Shown: positions 50,385 to 62,359, counted from the first letter of the stretch. The stretch is 64,000 nucleotides of DNA from Patescibacteria group bacterium (GCA_029210775.1 JARGGI010000003.1:4512-68511); one strand, 5' to 3'. Notes: generated by a model not told the origin, from the letters alone. Program-made: numbers and translations.

Positions 50385-50456
50385 CTCCGCGAGAGGGATT
50401 CGAACCCCCGACCAATTGGTTAACAGCCAACTGCTCTACCACTGAGCTATCGCGGA
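50385..50456 (-). tRNA. tRNA-Asn(GTT)
   Basis: Canonical cloverleaf TCCGCGA..TAGCTCAGTGGTAGAGC..CTGTTAA..GTTCGAATC..TCGCGGA-G. Confidence 0.97.
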
Positions 50457-50578
50457 ATAAAAAAAGTGATTTTTATTTCGTTTCAAAACGAACAAATAAC
50501 AACCAACTCACAACTTTAAAAATCACTCTAATAATATACTATTAAAACTTTCATTCGTCAACACCAAAAAAGTTTAAA

Positions 50579-52009
50579 TTAATAATCAAGCAATCTTTTT
50601 GATTCTCTATGCTTTCTAATTTTTTCAAGTGCTTTTGCTTCAATCTGCCTAATTCTTTCTCTTGTCACACCAAATTCCTGTCCAATTTCCTCCAAAGTAT
50701 GAGTCACTCCATCTTCAAGTCCAAAACGTAATTTCAAAATTTTCTGTTCTCTTGGAGAAAGTTCAACTAAAATTTCTTTCACATACCCCTTAAGTAGCTG
50801 TCTTCCTGCAGATTGAGATGGAAGAACTGCATCAGTGTCTTCTATAAAATCACGAAGAGTACTGTCGTCATCATCTTCACCGACAGAAGTCTCAAGTGAA
50901 ACCGTATCTTGAGATATTTTCATAATATGTCTAACTTTTTCAACTTCAATATTCATTTCAGATGCAATTTCCTCTGGTAATGGTTCTCTTCCTAAATCCT
51001 GAACAAGACGCCTTGTTACCTGAGAAAACTTATTTATTGTTTCAACCATATGAACTGGAATTCTAATCGTGCGAGATTGATCTGCTATTGCTCTCGTAAT
51101 CGCTTGACGAATCCACCATGTTGCATATGTTGAAAATTTATATCCCTTTCTATAATCAAATTTTTCAACAGCTCTGAATAGTCCAATATTTCCTTCTTGA
51201 ATTAAATCCAATAAACTCAAATTTGCACTTCTTCCAACATATTTTTTTGCAATACTTACAACCAAACGAAGGTTTGCTTCAGAAAGCATCTGCTTAGCGG
51301 CCACATCACCCTTTTCTTTTCTTTTTGATAAAGAGACTTCTTCTTCCCCAGTCAAAAGAGACACTCTTCCAATCTCACGCAGATACATTTGAACAGAATC
51401 GCTGGAAATATTATCAAGAGACAATTCTCTTATTTCTTTTTCTACTTCTTTCTTGGTTTTTTTACTAACATCTTCTTTGGCATCAGAAACATCAATTATA
51501 TCAACATTGCTTACTACCTTTATATTTTCTTGTTCAAATTTGTCATATAGCAATTCAAGTTGACCAATATCATTTTCAATATCAGGAATTATTTTTATAA
51601 TCTCTTCTTCGGTTACAAAACCTTTCGATTTTCCCCTACTCATTAATTCTTCAATTTGATTATTAATGTTTTCATTTTCAACATCCTGCTTCTTTAAGTC
51701 TTTCTTTTTCAATTTTCCTGGCTTTATGCTCTTCCCTTTTTGCTTTCTTTTAAGTTTTGAAGATTTTCTCGCAATTGATTTTTTTGCTATTTTCTCTTTT
51801 TTCGCTTTTGCTTTTGCTTTTACAACAGTTTTAACTGTTTTCTTTTTCGGAGTTACTTTTTTCACTGTTTTCTTTTTTTTTGCTTTTGCTGTTACAACAG
51901 TTTTAGCTTCTTTCTTTTTCGGAGTTACTTTTTTCATTGTTTTCTTTTTCATCAATTTTGATTTTATCAATTTAATTGTTTTTTTATTTTTTATTTTTTT
52001 TGTTTTCAT
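50579..52009 (-). CDS. rpoD: primary sigma factor RpoD with Lys-rich N-terminal extension
   Basis: [49 protein letters not shown]. Confidence 0.97.
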   Translation of the reverse strand: MKTKKIKNKKTIKLIKSKLMKKKTMKKVTPKKKEAKTVVTAKAKKKKTVKKVTPKKKTVKTVVKAKAKAKKEKIAKKSIARKSSKLKRKQKGKSIKPGKLKKKDLKKQDVENENINNQIEELMSRGKSKGFVTEEEIIKIIPDIENDIGQLELLYDKFEQENIKVVSNVDIIDVSDAKEDVSKKTKKEVEKEIRELSLDNISSDSVQMYLREIGRVSLLTGEEEVSLSKRKEKGDVAAKQMLSEANLRLVVSIAKKYVGRSANLSLLDLIQEGNIGLFRAVEKFDYRKGYKFSTYATWWIRQAITRAIADQSRTIRIPVHMVETINKFSQVTRRLVQDLGREPLPEEIASEMNIEVEKVRHIMKISQDTVSLETSVGEDDDDSTLRDFIEDTDAVLPSQSAGRQLLKGYVKEILVELSPREQKILKLRFGLEDGVTHTLEEIGQEFGVTRERIRQIEAKALEKIRKHRESKRLLDY

Positions 52010-52053
52010 AATATGTCTATTACAAAATAAATATAAATTATATTTTTTTAAAA

Positions 52054-53874
52054 TTATTCTGAATCCAAATCATTAATTTCTTTGATGTATCTCGCATGAT
52101 TTTCGATGTCATCCTGACTTGCATTATTACCCCTTTTTTTAATATCACTTTCAAGCTGTATTAACTTTTCTTTCAGAATTATTTTCCTTAAATTTGATAT
52201 GCAAATTTTTGCCTCCTTGTGTACATTCCCAATTTCATCTATTTCCGATTCAATCGCAAGAGTAGCCGTATCCCAAATATAAGAAAGTGATTTATGCTGA
52301 CTATCAACATCTCTATTAATTGAAATTTCACTCTTTAGGTTTGAAAGGATTTCATCATTTAATTTATTTTCTTTTAAATATAGATTTCTAATCAATGTAT
52401 AAATTTGATTTATTCTGTCATTTGAAAAACAATTTTCTAAATCAAGAAATAATTCCCCAAAAAAATGAGGATAAAGAATGATAAGACCCAGAATTCTTTC
52501 TTGAAGTTGATCTGTTCTATTCACGACTTCTGCTTTTTGAAAATCGCTTTGGGCAATTTGATTATTAAATCCAGATTTTTTTCTTTTAATTTTATTTTCA
52601 TATTCAAAAATAAATTTTTCATCAACTCCAAGTTTATTTGAGAGCATATTTCGATATACTCCCCTGTCAATGTCGTTTGACATTTTTACAATAATTTCCA
52701 AAAGTTCTTCTGCTATTTTCTTTTTTCCTTCAACGCTATCTTTGTCATATTTTGAAAAAGCAGTTTCAAAATAAAAGTCCATAATCGGTTTTTGATTTTT
52801 TACAGAATCAACCCATAACTCTGGATTACTTTTCACACAATCAGCAGGATCTTTTCCTTCGGCAATTGTGATAACACCAACATTCATTCCCTCAGATAAA
52901 GCAATTTCAATTCCTCTTTGTGCGGCTCGGATTCCAGCAGAATCCATATCAAAAGAAAATGCAATATTATCCGTATATCTTTTAATAATTTTGATTTGAT
53001 CTGATGTCAATGCTGTACCAGATGTTGCAACTACATTTTCAACTCCAGCTTGAAAAGATGCAATAACATCCATATTTCCTTCAACCATTACGCATAGATC
53101 ATTTTTTCTGATTGATATTTTCGCCTTGTCTAAACCATATAAAACCCTGCCTTTATTATAAATAATTGTCTCGGGATTATTAATATATTTTGCACTGTTT
53201 TCATCAGCTCCAGGCATAACACGAGAACTAAACCCAATTGTCTGACCACTGATATTTTCTATTGGAAACATAATTCTTCCTCTAAATCTGTCATAATATC
53301 CCCCTTTATCTTTTTTTACAGTCATTCCAGAAGAAAAAATATCTTCCTCTTTATATCCTTTCTTTTTCAAAAAGCTACTCAATATATCCCATGAATCTGG
53401 AGCATATCCGATTTGAAATTTTTCGATAATATCATTTGTAAGTCCTCTTTTTATTAGGTATTCATGGGCAATCTTACCCTTCTTGATTTTCAAACATTCT
53501 TGATAAAATTTTCTTGATAAATCAATTATCTCAAATATTTTTGTCTTTTTGCCCGTATTTTCGTATTTTGATTTTTTAATTTCAACCCCTGCTTTTTCCC
53601 CAAGTAATTTCAATGCTTCTGGAAATTCCAGCCCTTCCATTTTCATCACAAAAGTAAAAATGTCTCCCCCTTCGCCACAACCAAAACAATGCCAAATCTG
53701 ACGCTCTGGACTTATCATAAATGAAGGTGTTTTTTCATTATGAAATGGGCAATTTGCTTTCAAATTTCTACCCGCCCTTTGAGTCTGAAGATAACCCGAA
53801 AGCACCTCCTCGACGCTTAATCTTGATTTGATTTCATCCACTTGAGAGTTCAACATAAAACCAGCGATAAACAA
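52054..53874 (-). CDS. dnaG: DNA primase
   Basis: [43 protein letters not shown]. Confidence 0.97.
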   Translation of the reverse strand: MFIAGFMLNSQVDEIKSRLSVEEVLSGYLQTQRAGRNLKANCPFHNEKTPSFMISPERQIWHCFGCGEGGDIFTFVMKMEGLEFPEALKLLGEKAGVEIKKSKYENTGKKTKIFEIIDLSRKFYQECLKIKKGKIAHEYLIKRGLTNDIIEKFQIGYAPDSWDILSSFLKKKGYKEEDIFSSGMTVKKDKGGYYDRFRGRIMFPIENISGQTIGFSSRVMPGADENSAKYINNPETIIYNKGRVLYGLDKAKISIRKNDLCVMVEGNMDVIASFQAGVENVVATSGTALTSDQIKIIKRYTDNIAFSFDMDSAGIRAAQRGIEIALSEGMNVGVITIAEGKDPADCVKSNPELWVDSVKNQKPIMDFYFETAFSKYDKDSVEGKKKIAEELLEIIVKMSNDIDRGVYRNMLSNKLGVDEKFIFEYENKIKRKKSGFNNQIAQSDFQKAEVVNRTDQLQERILGLIILYPHFFGELFLDLENCFSNDRINQIYTLIRNLYLKENKLNDEILSNLKSEISINRDVDSQHKSLSYIWDTATLAIESEIDEIGNVHKEAKICISNLRKIILKEKLIQLESDIKKRGNNASQDDIENHARYIKEINDLDSE

Positions 53875-53980
53875 ATTATCTTTATCTTAGATTACCATTT
53901 TAAGTGATTTGGGTCAAACTCATATTTTATTTTTGATTAATATTCACAGCAACTATCTTTAGCGTTTTTGTTGTTAAATT

Positions 53981-54970
53981 TTAATTCAAAAGCTTTTCTA
54001 TTTCCTTTGCAATCTTTTCTCCGTCATGCCTAATCAAACTTCTTTGCAAATTGTCAGATTTATCTTTCTTAATCTCCTCGCTACTAAGAAAATCCGCTCG
54101 AATAACATGCCTATCGCCTCTGCTTAAATCATCTTCAACGGGAAAATCATTTTCATTTTCATATTTCCTAATGATATCTTCAGGCAATTTTGCAGAATTT
54201 AGAAATATATAATCTAATTTTCTGTATAGCATATATTTTTCAACAATCCTCACATGATCAGATGCAGTAAAACCATAAGTCTCTCCAAAGCTGGTCATAA
54301 TATTTGTTGTATAAATAATTTTAGCTTTTGTATCTCTTATTGCGTTTGCAATCCCATCCACAACAAGATTAACCATCAGACTTGTATATAAATCTCCTGG
54401 TCCAATAATTACAGCGTCAGCATCAATAATTGCATCTACCGCATCAGGATTTGCTATTGAAGATGGTTCAAGATATATTTTTTCAATTTTCAATTTTCCA
54501 TCATGTTTCGGCTCATCTATATTATGTTCTCCCAGAACTTTCAATCCATTTTCATATTCTGCAACCAGATTTGAATCAGAATCTGTGACTGGAATCACTC
54601 TACCTTTGATTTTCAAAATACTACCCGTTTTTTCTATGGCCGTCATTTGATTTCCTAAAATATCAGTTAGCGCCGCCATAAACAAATTCCCAAAAGTCAT
54701 ACCCTTAATACCAACTCCTTCATTAAATCTGTACATAAAAAGTTTTCGCATCAGACTTTGTGAATCATTTTTCCCCTCATCTGTTAACGCAACGAGACAT
54801 TGTCTGACATCACTCGTTGGAAGAATTCCAAACTCATCTCGGATAATCTTATTACTTCCTCCGCTATCTGCCATTGAAACGATTGCTGAAATATCAAAAT
54901 TATATTTTTTCAAACCAAGCAACAAATTAAATGTCCCCGTTCCTCCTCCAATTGTGACAATTCTTTTCAT
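53981..54970 (-). CDS. YvcK/GlmR (CofD-like) family protein
   Basis: IGGGTG, ADSGGS, IGPGDLYTS, RHD. Confidence 0.9.
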   Translation of the reverse strand: MKRIVTIGGGTGTFNLLLGLKKYNFDISAIVSMADSGGSNKIIRDEFGILPTSDVRQCLVALTDEGKNDSQSLMRKLFMYRFNEGVGIKGMTFGNLFMAALTDILGNQMTAIEKTGSILKIKGRVIPVTDSDSNLVAEYENGLKVLGEHNIDEPKHDGKLKIEKIYLEPSSIANPDAVDAIIDADAVIIGPGDLYTSLMVNLVVDGIANAIRDTKAKIIYTTNIMTSFGETYGFTASDHVRIVEKYMLYRKLDYIFLNSAKLPEDIIRKYENENDFPVEDDLSRGDRHVIRADFLSSEEIKKDKSDNLQRSLIRHDGEKIAKEIEKLLN

Positions 54971-54982
54971 TAATATTTTTTA

Positions 54983-56083
54983 CTATTTAAAATTTATAAT
55001 TTCTTTTGCCAAGAGTTCAGCTGAATTTGTTATATTACTGTTGTATTTTCTTATTCTACTTTTCATATTAGCTCCAAAACCATCTTCTTGCAATAACTTA
55101 AATAATTGCTTTATCAAAACATCGGGATTTAGGTTTTCTTCCTTGATTATAGTCAGTAGGCCTTTTTCAAAAAAATATTCCGCATTTTTATACTGATGAT
55201 TATTTGCAGATGTTGGAAGTGGAATTATAATACTTTGTTTTTCCGCTGCAATTATTTCAGAGAGACTATTTGCACCGGCTCTCGAAATCACAATTTCCGA
55301 GAGAGCATATGCGTCTTTTAAATTATCCGTTAGAAACGGGTAAACCTTATATCTACTTATTCTTTTCAATTTTATTTTCTTGATCTTACTTTTTATTTCT
55401 TCATAATTTTTCTCTCCACATATGTGAATAATCTGCACTTTTTCAAGAAGATCTGAAAGTGATTTCAAAACAACTTCATTAATTTTCACAGCTCCCTGAC
55501 TTCCACCAAAAACAAGAACTGTTGGTATATTATCTTTTAAATCAAAAACATTTTTAGCTCTCTCTTTATTTCCATTCAGAATTTCCTCTCTAATCGGATT
55601 TCCAGCATAAACAACTTTATTAAAAGCAAAATATTTTTCTGAATCTGAAAAGGAAACAAATATTTTTGAAGCAAACTTTGAAATTATCCGATTTGCAAGA
55701 CCTGGCACTACATCTGATTCATGCGTAATAATTGGAATTTGAAAAATCCATGCGCCAACAACAGGAGGAACGCTTGCGTAACCACCTTTAGAAAAAACTA
55801 TATTTGGCTTAAAGTTATAGATAGTAAATAACGATTGAATAATGCCAACTGGAAATTTAATTAAATCAAAAATATTTTCAATTGAAATATATCTTCGAAG
55901 CTTTCCCGCATTTATTACTTTCACATTTATTCCTTTATTTTTAATAACTTGATTAAAATTACTTTTAGGACCCACAAACAGAAATTCAACCTTTCCATCT
56001 TTAAGTTTTCTTAACTTATCTACAACTGCCAAAATTGGCATAATATGTCCTCCTGTTCCGCCACCTGTTAATAATATTTTCAT
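54983..56083 (-). CDS. murG: UDP-GlcNAc:lipid I GlcNAc transferase
   Basis: GGGTGGH, KGGY, HESD, GGSQGA, SRAG, HQYKNA. Confidence 0.96.
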   Translation of the reverse strand: MKILLTGGGTGGHIMPILAVVDKLRKLKDGKVEFLFVGPKSNFNQVIKNKGINVKVINAGKLRRYISIENIFDLIKFPVGIIQSLFTIYNFKPNIVFSKGGYASVPPVVGAWIFQIPIITHESDVVPGLANRIISKFASKIFVSFSDSEKYFAFNKVVYAGNPIREEILNGNKERAKNVFDLKDNIPTVLVFGGSQGAVKINEVVLKSLSDLLEKVQIIHICGEKNYEEIKSKIKKIKLKRISRYKVYPFLTDNLKDAYALSEIVISRAGANSLSEIIAAEKQSIIIPLPTSANNHQYKNAEYFFEKGLLTIIKEENLNPDVLIKQLFKLLQEDGFGANMKSRIRKYNSNITNSAELLAKEIINFK

Positions 56084-56392
56084 AATTAAATAATATTACT
56101 TTATTGTTATTACTACCGTCATTTTGAAAAGTGACTAAGAAAAATCCAAAATCTATTCACTTAAAATCTTTTATTGCTTAATACAAAACTTTTTAAGAAA
56201 TTCTTCAAGTTCGATCTACTGGATTTCGTTCAAAAAATACAAATAAGATAATTTAGGTCAGTTCTATTATGTTGTTAAATGTTTTATGTTTTATGTTAAA
56301 ATGAATATTCCTTGCCACCAGTTTAAATCTATTATATCATTATATTATTGAAAAACAAAAAATTTTAAAAATAACAATTAATAACTCAAACA

Positions 56393-57658
56393 ATGCAAAA
56401 ATTTATTATAAATGGCGGAAAACGGCTAAGAGGAAAAATAGATGTAATGGGAGCCAAAAATGCAGCAACGCCTATCCTTTCGGCGTGTCTTTTAACAAAA
56501 GATGAATGTATAATCGACAACATCCCCCTTATCAATGATGTTTTAAAAATGATTGAACTTCTTGAAAGCATGGGAGTTGAGACTGAATGGGTTGAAAAAA
56601 GAAGACTAAAAATTAAAGCTGGCGATGATGTTGATCCAGAAAAAATGAATTTTGAAATTATAGGACATATGAGATCATCAATTTTACTTCTCGGAAGTAT
56701 GCTTGCACGATTCGGAAAGTTCAAAATTAAACAACCAGGTGGATGCATTATCGGAGCAAGACCTGTCGGAGTTCACTTTGACGCGCTTGAAGCACTCGGA
56801 ACAACTATAACATCAGAAAATGGATTTTATTGTTTTGAAGCAAAAAAACTTATTGGAAAAAAAATCATTCTCAAAGAATTTTCAGTAACCGCAACTGAAA
56901 ACCTAATGATGGCAGCCACGCTCGCCGAAGGAACAACAACAATCAAAATTGCAGCCATTGAACCTCATGTTCAAGATCTAGCAAGATTTCTAAACAAAAT
57001 GGGAGCAAAAATTAAAGGCCTTGGGGTTCATACAATTCAAATTGAAGGAGTTGCAAAACTTCATAGTGCAGAACATAAAATTATTCCAGACCCTATTGAA
57101 GCTGGAACTTTTGCAATTGCTGCTGCTGCCACAAAAGGAGATGTTGAAATCAATAATGTCAATCCCCATGAACTTGATTTGGTCTTAGAAAAACTCAAAG
57201 AAATTGGTGCAAATATTGAAATAAAAGAAAATAAATTAATCATTAAGCCCGCAATAAAGTTTAATGCAATCAAAAAAATTGAGACCAGAACCTATCCAGG
57301 AATTCCAACTGACCTTCAAGCTCCTTTTGCTGTGCTTGCAACTCAAGCAGAGGGAACCACCCTGATTCACGACACAATGTATGAAGGCCGTCTATCTTAT
57401 ATAAACGAACTTAATAAAATGGGAGCAAATGCAATTATATGTGATCCTCACAGAGCACTAATCACTGGAACAACTCCTCTTTACGGACAAGAGATTACTA
57501 GTTTTGACCTTCGTGCAGGCGCAACGCTTATCATTGCAGCGCTACTTGCCACAGGGCAAAGCACGATTAGTAAAATTGAGCAAGTTGATCGAGGTTATGA
57601 AAAAATTGAAGAAAGATTACAAAATATCGGTGCAGATATAAAGAGGATCAAATTTTAA
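56393..57658 (+). CDS. murA: UDP-N-acetylglucosamine 1-carboxyvinyltransferase
   Basis: GAKNA, PGGCIIGARP, PTDLQ, DLRAGA, DRGYE. Confidence 0.97.
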   Translation: MQKFIINGGKRLRGKIDVMGAKNAATPILSACLLTKDECIIDNIPLINDVLKMIELLESMGVETEWVEKRRLKIKAGDDVDPEKMNFEIIGHMRSSILLLGSMLARFGKFKIKQPGGCIIGARPVGVHFDALEALGTTITSENGFYCFEAKKLIGKKIILKEFSVTATENLMMAATLAEGTTTIKIAAIEPHVQDLARFLNKMGAKIKGLGVHTIQIEGVAKLHSAEHKIIPDPIEAGTFAIAAAATKGDVEINNVNPHELDLVLEKLKEIGANIEIKENKLIIKPAIKFNAIKKIETRTYPGIPTDLQAPFAVLATQAEGTTLIHDTMYEGRLSYINELNKMGANAIICDPHRALITGTTPLYGQEITSFDLRAGATLIIAALLATGQSTISKIEQVDRGYEKIEERLQNIGADIKRIKF

Positions 57659-57687
57659 AATTAGAAACTAAAAAATAGAAATTTACT

Positions 57688-57716
57688 GACTCCACGCTCC
57701 ACGTGGAGTCTTTTTT
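57688..57716 (+). terminator. intrinsic terminator after murA
   Basis: GACTCCACG-CTCCA-CGTGGAGTC-T6. Confidence 0.8.
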
Positions 57717-57887
57717 GATTTTTTAAAAAAAATAAACGAAAAAAATGGCGTTAAAACCATTGATTTAAAAAAGTCTTTCTTCTGTCGTAGCATCAACCTC
57801 AACGGATAACTTAAATCCTAATACAACTTTAATATTATATCAACCTGCGCAAGTAGAAATATTTAATAACATATACTTGAGATTAAA

Positions 57888-59729
57888 TTATTCCACCGTC
57901 ACGCTCTTTGCCAAATTCCTTGGCTTATCAATATCAAAACCAAATTCAATACCCATATATGCTGCAAAAAGATGAAGTGGAATGGCCGTTAAAATTGGGG
58001 TCAACATCTCTAATGTTTTTGGAATATAAATCACATCATCCGCAATTTCTTTTATATCTTCATTTCCCTCAGTCGCAACGGCAATTATTTTACCCTTTCT
58101 CGCTTTTACCTCTTCCATATTGCTCCACATTTTATCATAAACACTATCAGTCGAAGCAATAAAAAAACAAGGAAAATCTTCATCAATCATTGCAATTGGA
58201 CCATGCTTCATTTCACCTCCCGCATAACCTTCAGCATGAATTTTATATGCAACTTCTTTCAATTTCAATGCACCTTCATTTGCAACTGGATAATTATATT
58301 TTCTTCCCAAATAAAGAAAATTATTATACTTTGAATATTTTTTCGCCAACTTCTTTATATCTTCCTTTGTATCTAATACTTGCTCCATTAACTTTGGTAA
58401 TTTTTTTAATTCATCAGTTATCCTCTTTCCAGTTATCATTGACATCTCTCTTGTTCTTCCTAAATATACCGTCAAAAGAGCAAGAACAACAATTTGCGAC
58501 ATTAGGGCTTTTGTAGAAGCAACGGAAATTTCAGGTCCAGCGTGGTTATAAATCCCCGCTTCAGTCTCTCTTGCAATTGTGCTTCCAACAGTATTAACGA
58601 TACCCAGTGATAAAGCTCCTTTTCTTTTTGCCTCTTGCAATGATGCAATCGTGTCAGCTGTCTCTCCCGACTGACTTATCGCAAGAATTGCTGTTTTTGA
58701 ATCAATCACAGGTTTTCTATATCTAAATTCACTCCCAATCTCAACTTCAACTGGAATTCCTGCATACTCCTCAAGCATATATTCTCCAATCATACCAGCA
58801 TAATTTGCAGTTCCACAAGCAATGATGATAATCCGATTTATATCACGTAATCTTTTTTGATCAAGAACTTCCAAACCACCCAATTTCACCAAACCTTTTT
58901 CAGAAATTATCCTTCCTCTAATTGAATTTTGAACAACTTCAGGACCTTCAAAAATTTCTTTCAATAAAAAATAGTCATGACCTCCTTTTTGTATCTCAGA
59001 AACATCCAAATCAATTTTACAATGTTCTTTGTGAATTTGATTATTATTAGTTGTTGAACTAATTTTATATTTATCTTTTTCAATCACGCCCATTTCATTG
59101 TCATCAAGATAGATAACCCTATCAGTATAACCAACAAGAGCCGAAGCATCAGATGCTACAAAATATTCACCATCTCCAATACCAATTACAAGCGGGCTTC
59201 CTTTTTTTGCAACAATAATTTTACCTGGGTCACTTTTTGAAACAACAGCAATTGCATAAGCTCCATCAACATGCCTCAAACAATCAAATACAGCCTGCTG
59301 TAAATTTCCATCAAAATGACTTTCAATTAAGTGTGCTAAAATTTCCGTGTCCGTTTCTGATTCCATTTGATGTCCAGATTTCTCAAGACTTTTTTTTAAT
59401 GATTTATAGTTTTCAATTATTCCATTATGAACAATAAAAATATTCTTTTTACAATCATGATGCGGATGAGTATTCTTTTCAGACGGACATCCGTGGGTTG
59501 CCCATCTTGTATGAGCAATACCAACAAAACCAGTCATTTCTTTCTCTTTTTTCATTTTTTCTTCCAATTCATTTATCTTTCCAACTGATCTAACACAACT
59601 TAAAGAACCATCTTCATTTAAGACAGTCATTCCTGCTGAATCATATCCTCTATATTCAAGTTTTTTTAATGCATTTAATAAGAACTCATTCGCCTTATTT
59701 TTTCCAACATAACCCGCAATGCCACACAT
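57888..59729 (-). CDS. glmS: glutamine--fructose-6-phosphate transaminase
   Basis: MCGI, EYRGYDSAG, HTRWATHG, SQSGETAD, PRNLAKSVTVE. Confidence 0.98.
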   Translation of the reverse strand: MCGIAGYVGKNKANEFLLNALKKLEYRGYDSAGMTVLNEDGSLSCVRSVGKINELEEKMKKEKEMTGFVGIAHTRWATHGCPSEKNTHPHHDCKKNIFIVHNGIIENYKSLKKSLEKSGHQMESETDTEILAHLIESHFDGNLQQAVFDCLRHVDGAYAIAVVSKSDPGKIIVAKKGSPLVIGIGDGEYFVASDASALVGYTDRVIYLDDNEMGVIEKDKYKISSTTNNNQIHKEHCKIDLDVSEIQKGGHDYFLLKEIFEGPEVVQNSIRGRIISEKGLVKLGGLEVLDQKRLRDINRIIIIACGTANYAGMIGEYMLEEYAGIPVEVEIGSEFRYRKPVIDSKTAILAISQSGETADTIASLQEAKRKGALSLGIVNTVGSTIARETEAGIYNHAGPEISVASTKALMSQIVVLALLTVYLGRTREMSMITGKRITDELKKLPKLMEQVLDTKEDIKKLAKKYSKYNNFLYLGRKYNYPVANEGALKLKEVAYKIHAEGYAGGEMKHGPIAMIDEDFPCFFIASTDSVYDKMWSNMEEVKARKGKIIAVATEGNEDIKEIADDVIYIPKTLEMLTPILTAIPLHLFAAYMGIEFGFDIDKPRNLAKSVTVE

Positions 59730-59842
59730 AATTTAATATAAATAAGTTAACTATTTTTATTTTAGTTTAGTAAACAAAAATGGTCAAATGAACGCAAAAA
59801 AAAACAGAATTATGATTATCCTGTTTTAATCCATACTAATCA

Positions 59843-60529
59843 TTACCACCCCTTTACTTCCAATCCATTTTCAGCCGCTTTTCTTTGTGCTGCTTGCTTA
59901 CTAATCCCATCACCTTCCGCGATTTTTTCTTCTCCCAAAAACACACCTATCATAAAATGTTTATCGTGATCAGGACCCCATTCTTTTATAACTTTATATG
60001 CAGGAGTAATGCCCACTCTTTCTTGAGCCTCTTCTTGAAATTTACTTTTTGCATCTTGATAAAGTTTATCATCTAAAATATTATCCATTTTTGTTAAAAA
60101 ATGTTGCTCTATAAATTTCTTTGAATTTTTATAACCTTGATCGAGATATATTGCCCCAATTACTGCTTCAAGAGCATTAGCAATAATATATTGACGAGCC
60201 CTTCCCGTGTCCTTTGACTCACCCTTACTCATTAGTAAAAAATCTTCCAAGCCAATCTCTTGTGAAATTTTAGCAAGCATTTTTCGGTTTACCAAAGCAG
60301 CACGAAAATTCGTTAATTCTCCTTCTGGATTTGAAAAATTATTATACAAAAATTCCGTCGTAACAAGCTCCAACACTGCATCTCCCAAAAATTCAAGTCT
60401 TTCATTATGATCAAGTTCAAAATCTTTGTGCTCATTTAGATATGACCTATGGACAAGCGCTTGTCTTAAAAGGTCTTTATTTTTAAATTTTATAACAATT
60501 TTTTTTTCAAGTTTTTTTAAATCATTCAT
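59843..60529 (-). CDS. rnc: ribonuclease III
   Basis: NERLEFLGDAVL, EAVIGAIYLD, dsRBD; start MNDLKK preferred. Confidence 0.96.
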   Translation of the reverse strand: MNDLKKLEKKIVIKFKNKDLLRQALVHRSYLNEHKDFELDHNERLEFLGDAVLELVTTEFLYNNFSNPEGELTNFRAALVNRKMLAKISQEIGLEDFLLMSKGESKDTGRARQYIIANALEAVIGAIYLDQGYKNSKKFIEQHFLTKMDNILDDKLYQDAKSKFQEEAQERVGITPAYKVIKEWGPDHDKHFMIGVFLGEEKIAEGDGISKQAAQRKAAENGLEVKGW

Positions 60530-60568
60530 GAATTTCTTTTTAATTTTATTTCTTATAAACAAAAAAAA

Positions 60569-61045
60569 CTAATCTTTTTTAGTTTTTTTTACTTCTGTTT
60601 TTTCTTTATACAAAGATCCAAGAACACCATTTATAAACTTTCCACTTGAACTTCCTCCAAAAGATTTTGCAAGTTCTATCGCTTCGTTAATGGCAACTTT
60701 AGGAGGAACATCTTTTCTTTTACTAAACATCAGTTCATAAATCCCAACTCTAAGAATATTTCTATCAATTATCGTCACTTGATCAAGTGGCCATTCAGGT
60801 GCAAGTCTTTTAATAGTTGAATTTATTTCTTTCAAATTTTTATATACTCCATTTACAACATTTGAAATAAAATCATCTTTTTCCATTCCCAATCCATATT
60901 CTTTAATATTGCATTGAACGATTCGATCAAGTTTTTTTTTGTTAAATCTATTCTTTTTATCAACAACATCAACTACAGAACTTTGAAAATCCCACTCATA
61001 TAAGCTCTGCATTGTTATAGACCTAGAAAGGTGCCTGCTGGACAT
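60569..61045 (-). CDS. nusB: transcription antitermination factor NusB
   Basis: [37 protein letters not shown]. Confidence 0.96.
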   Translation of the reverse strand: MSSRHLSRSITMQSLYEWDFQSSVVDVVDKKNRFNKKKLDRIVQCNIKEYGLGMEKDDFISNVVNGVYKNLKEINSTIKRLAPEWPLDQVTIIDRNILRVGIYELMFSKRKDVPPKVAINEAIELAKSFGGSSSGKFINGVLGSLYKEKTEVKKTKKD

Positions 61046-61093
61046 ATTGTTTATAATCTCGCTAATTATTTAAAAAACAAATTTTGTTAATAT

Positions 61094-61420
61094 TTAATTG
61101 CTTTTAACTTCCAGTTTTTCTTGAGACGCATTCTTGAAATTTTTTTCATCAACCTTTTCACTTTTCTGTTGCTTCTTTACAGCCTTTTCTTCTTTCTTCT
61201 TGTTGTCTTTCTCAATTTTTATACGTTTTTTTCTTGGAAGTTTTTTAAGAACATTAATTACTTCTTTTCCTTTATAAAAACCGCAACTTTCACAAACACA
61301 ATGTGGCTTTACTGCTTTTCCGCACTTTTGACATTTTGCTAAATTGATTGTTTTCAAGGCATGATGAGATCTGCGTTGATTTCTCGCAGATTTGGTTGTT
61401 TTCTTCTTTGGATGTGGCAT
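61094..61420 (-). CDS. rpmF: 50S ribosomal protein bL32 with charged C-terminal extension
   Basis: PKKKTTKSARNQRRSH, CQKC..PHCVCESCGFYKG. Confidence 0.93.
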   Translation of the reverse strand: MPHPKKKTTKSARNQRRSHHALKTINLAKCQKCGKAVKPHCVCESCGFYKGKEVINVLKKLPRKKRIKIEKDNKKKEEKAVKKQQKSEKVDEKNFKNASQEKLEVKSN

Positions 61421-61522
61421 ATTTTTTCTTCAGTTAATTTTAAGTTCTTCTGTTTATATATCTATAAAACATATTACAGTAATTTAATTCATTTTGCAAG
61501 TTTTTTATTATTTGTGAAAATA

Positions 61523-62155
61523 TTATAAGTGAAAAAATTTTTTAATAGGTTCAAAAGTCTTTCTATGAATTTTACATGGACCCTTTTTCATAATCATTTC
61601 AATATGCTGTTTAGTTCCATATCCCTTATGACTTGCAAATCCATATCCTGGATATTCCTTGTCAAAATCTATTAATATTCGATCTCTTGTTACTTTTGCA
61701 ATAATGGACGCTGCACTTACAGAAAAAACATATCTATCTGCTTTTGGAATTGCCATTTGGCTTGCTGGAAAATCTTCAATTGTGCTTATTCCATCAATAA
61801 TTAAAAAATCGGGATTGCCCTTTAGATTTTCAACTGCCCTTCTCATAGCAAGCTTTGTGGCTTCAAGTATATTTATTTTATCAATGACATCTTCTGATAT
61901 TACGCTAACTCCCCAATCTTGAGATTCTTCAACTATCATTTGATAGAAACATTCTCTTTTCTTTTCCGAAAAAGTTTTTGAATCTCTAACCCCCTTTATT
62001 ATTAAATTATTTATACTTTTTGCATTATTAAAAACAACCGCAGCTGCCACGACAGGACCGGCTAATGGACCACGACCCGCTTCATCAATTCCAGCAACAT
62101 ATTTATAACCTCTCTGAAATAATTTTTCTTCTCTTGAGAAATCTGGTATAATCAT
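61523..62155 (-). CDS. rnhB: ribonuclease HII
   Basis: GIDEAGRGPLAGPV, DSK, AASIIAKVTRD, HKGYGT, HRKTF. Confidence 0.96.
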   Translation of the reverse strand: MIIPDFSREEKLFQRGYKYVAGIDEAGRGPLAGPVVAAAVVFNNAKSINNLIIKGVRDSKTFSEKKRECFYQMIVEESQDWGVSVISEDVIDKINILEATKLAMRRAVENLKGNPDFLIIDGISTIEDFPASQMAIPKADRYVFSVSAASIIAKVTRDRILIDFDKEYPGYGFASHKGYGTKQHIEMIMKKGPCKIHRKTFEPIKKFFHL

Positions 62156-62359
62156 TTTTTTATTTTGATTCTTCTAATTTATTTATTAACACAATTAAAA
62201 GGGCTTTTTCTTCATATAAATTAAAGCCCTCCTTTAATAATAATTATAATACGATACAATTTAGTGTTTATATTATAAATTTATATATTATTTTGTCAAT
62301 AGATTAAATCAACATAAAAAAAGTATAAATGAATATCAAATAATAATTATTTTTGATAA

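Noticed and set aside
57770-57860. Possible ncRNA between murA and glmS
   Set aside because: Only weak TCAACCT repeats; no SRP, tmRNA or riboswitch signature that I could support.
59730-59842. glmS ribozyme upstream of glmS
   Set aside because: The short AT-rich spacer has no recognisable ribozyme core.
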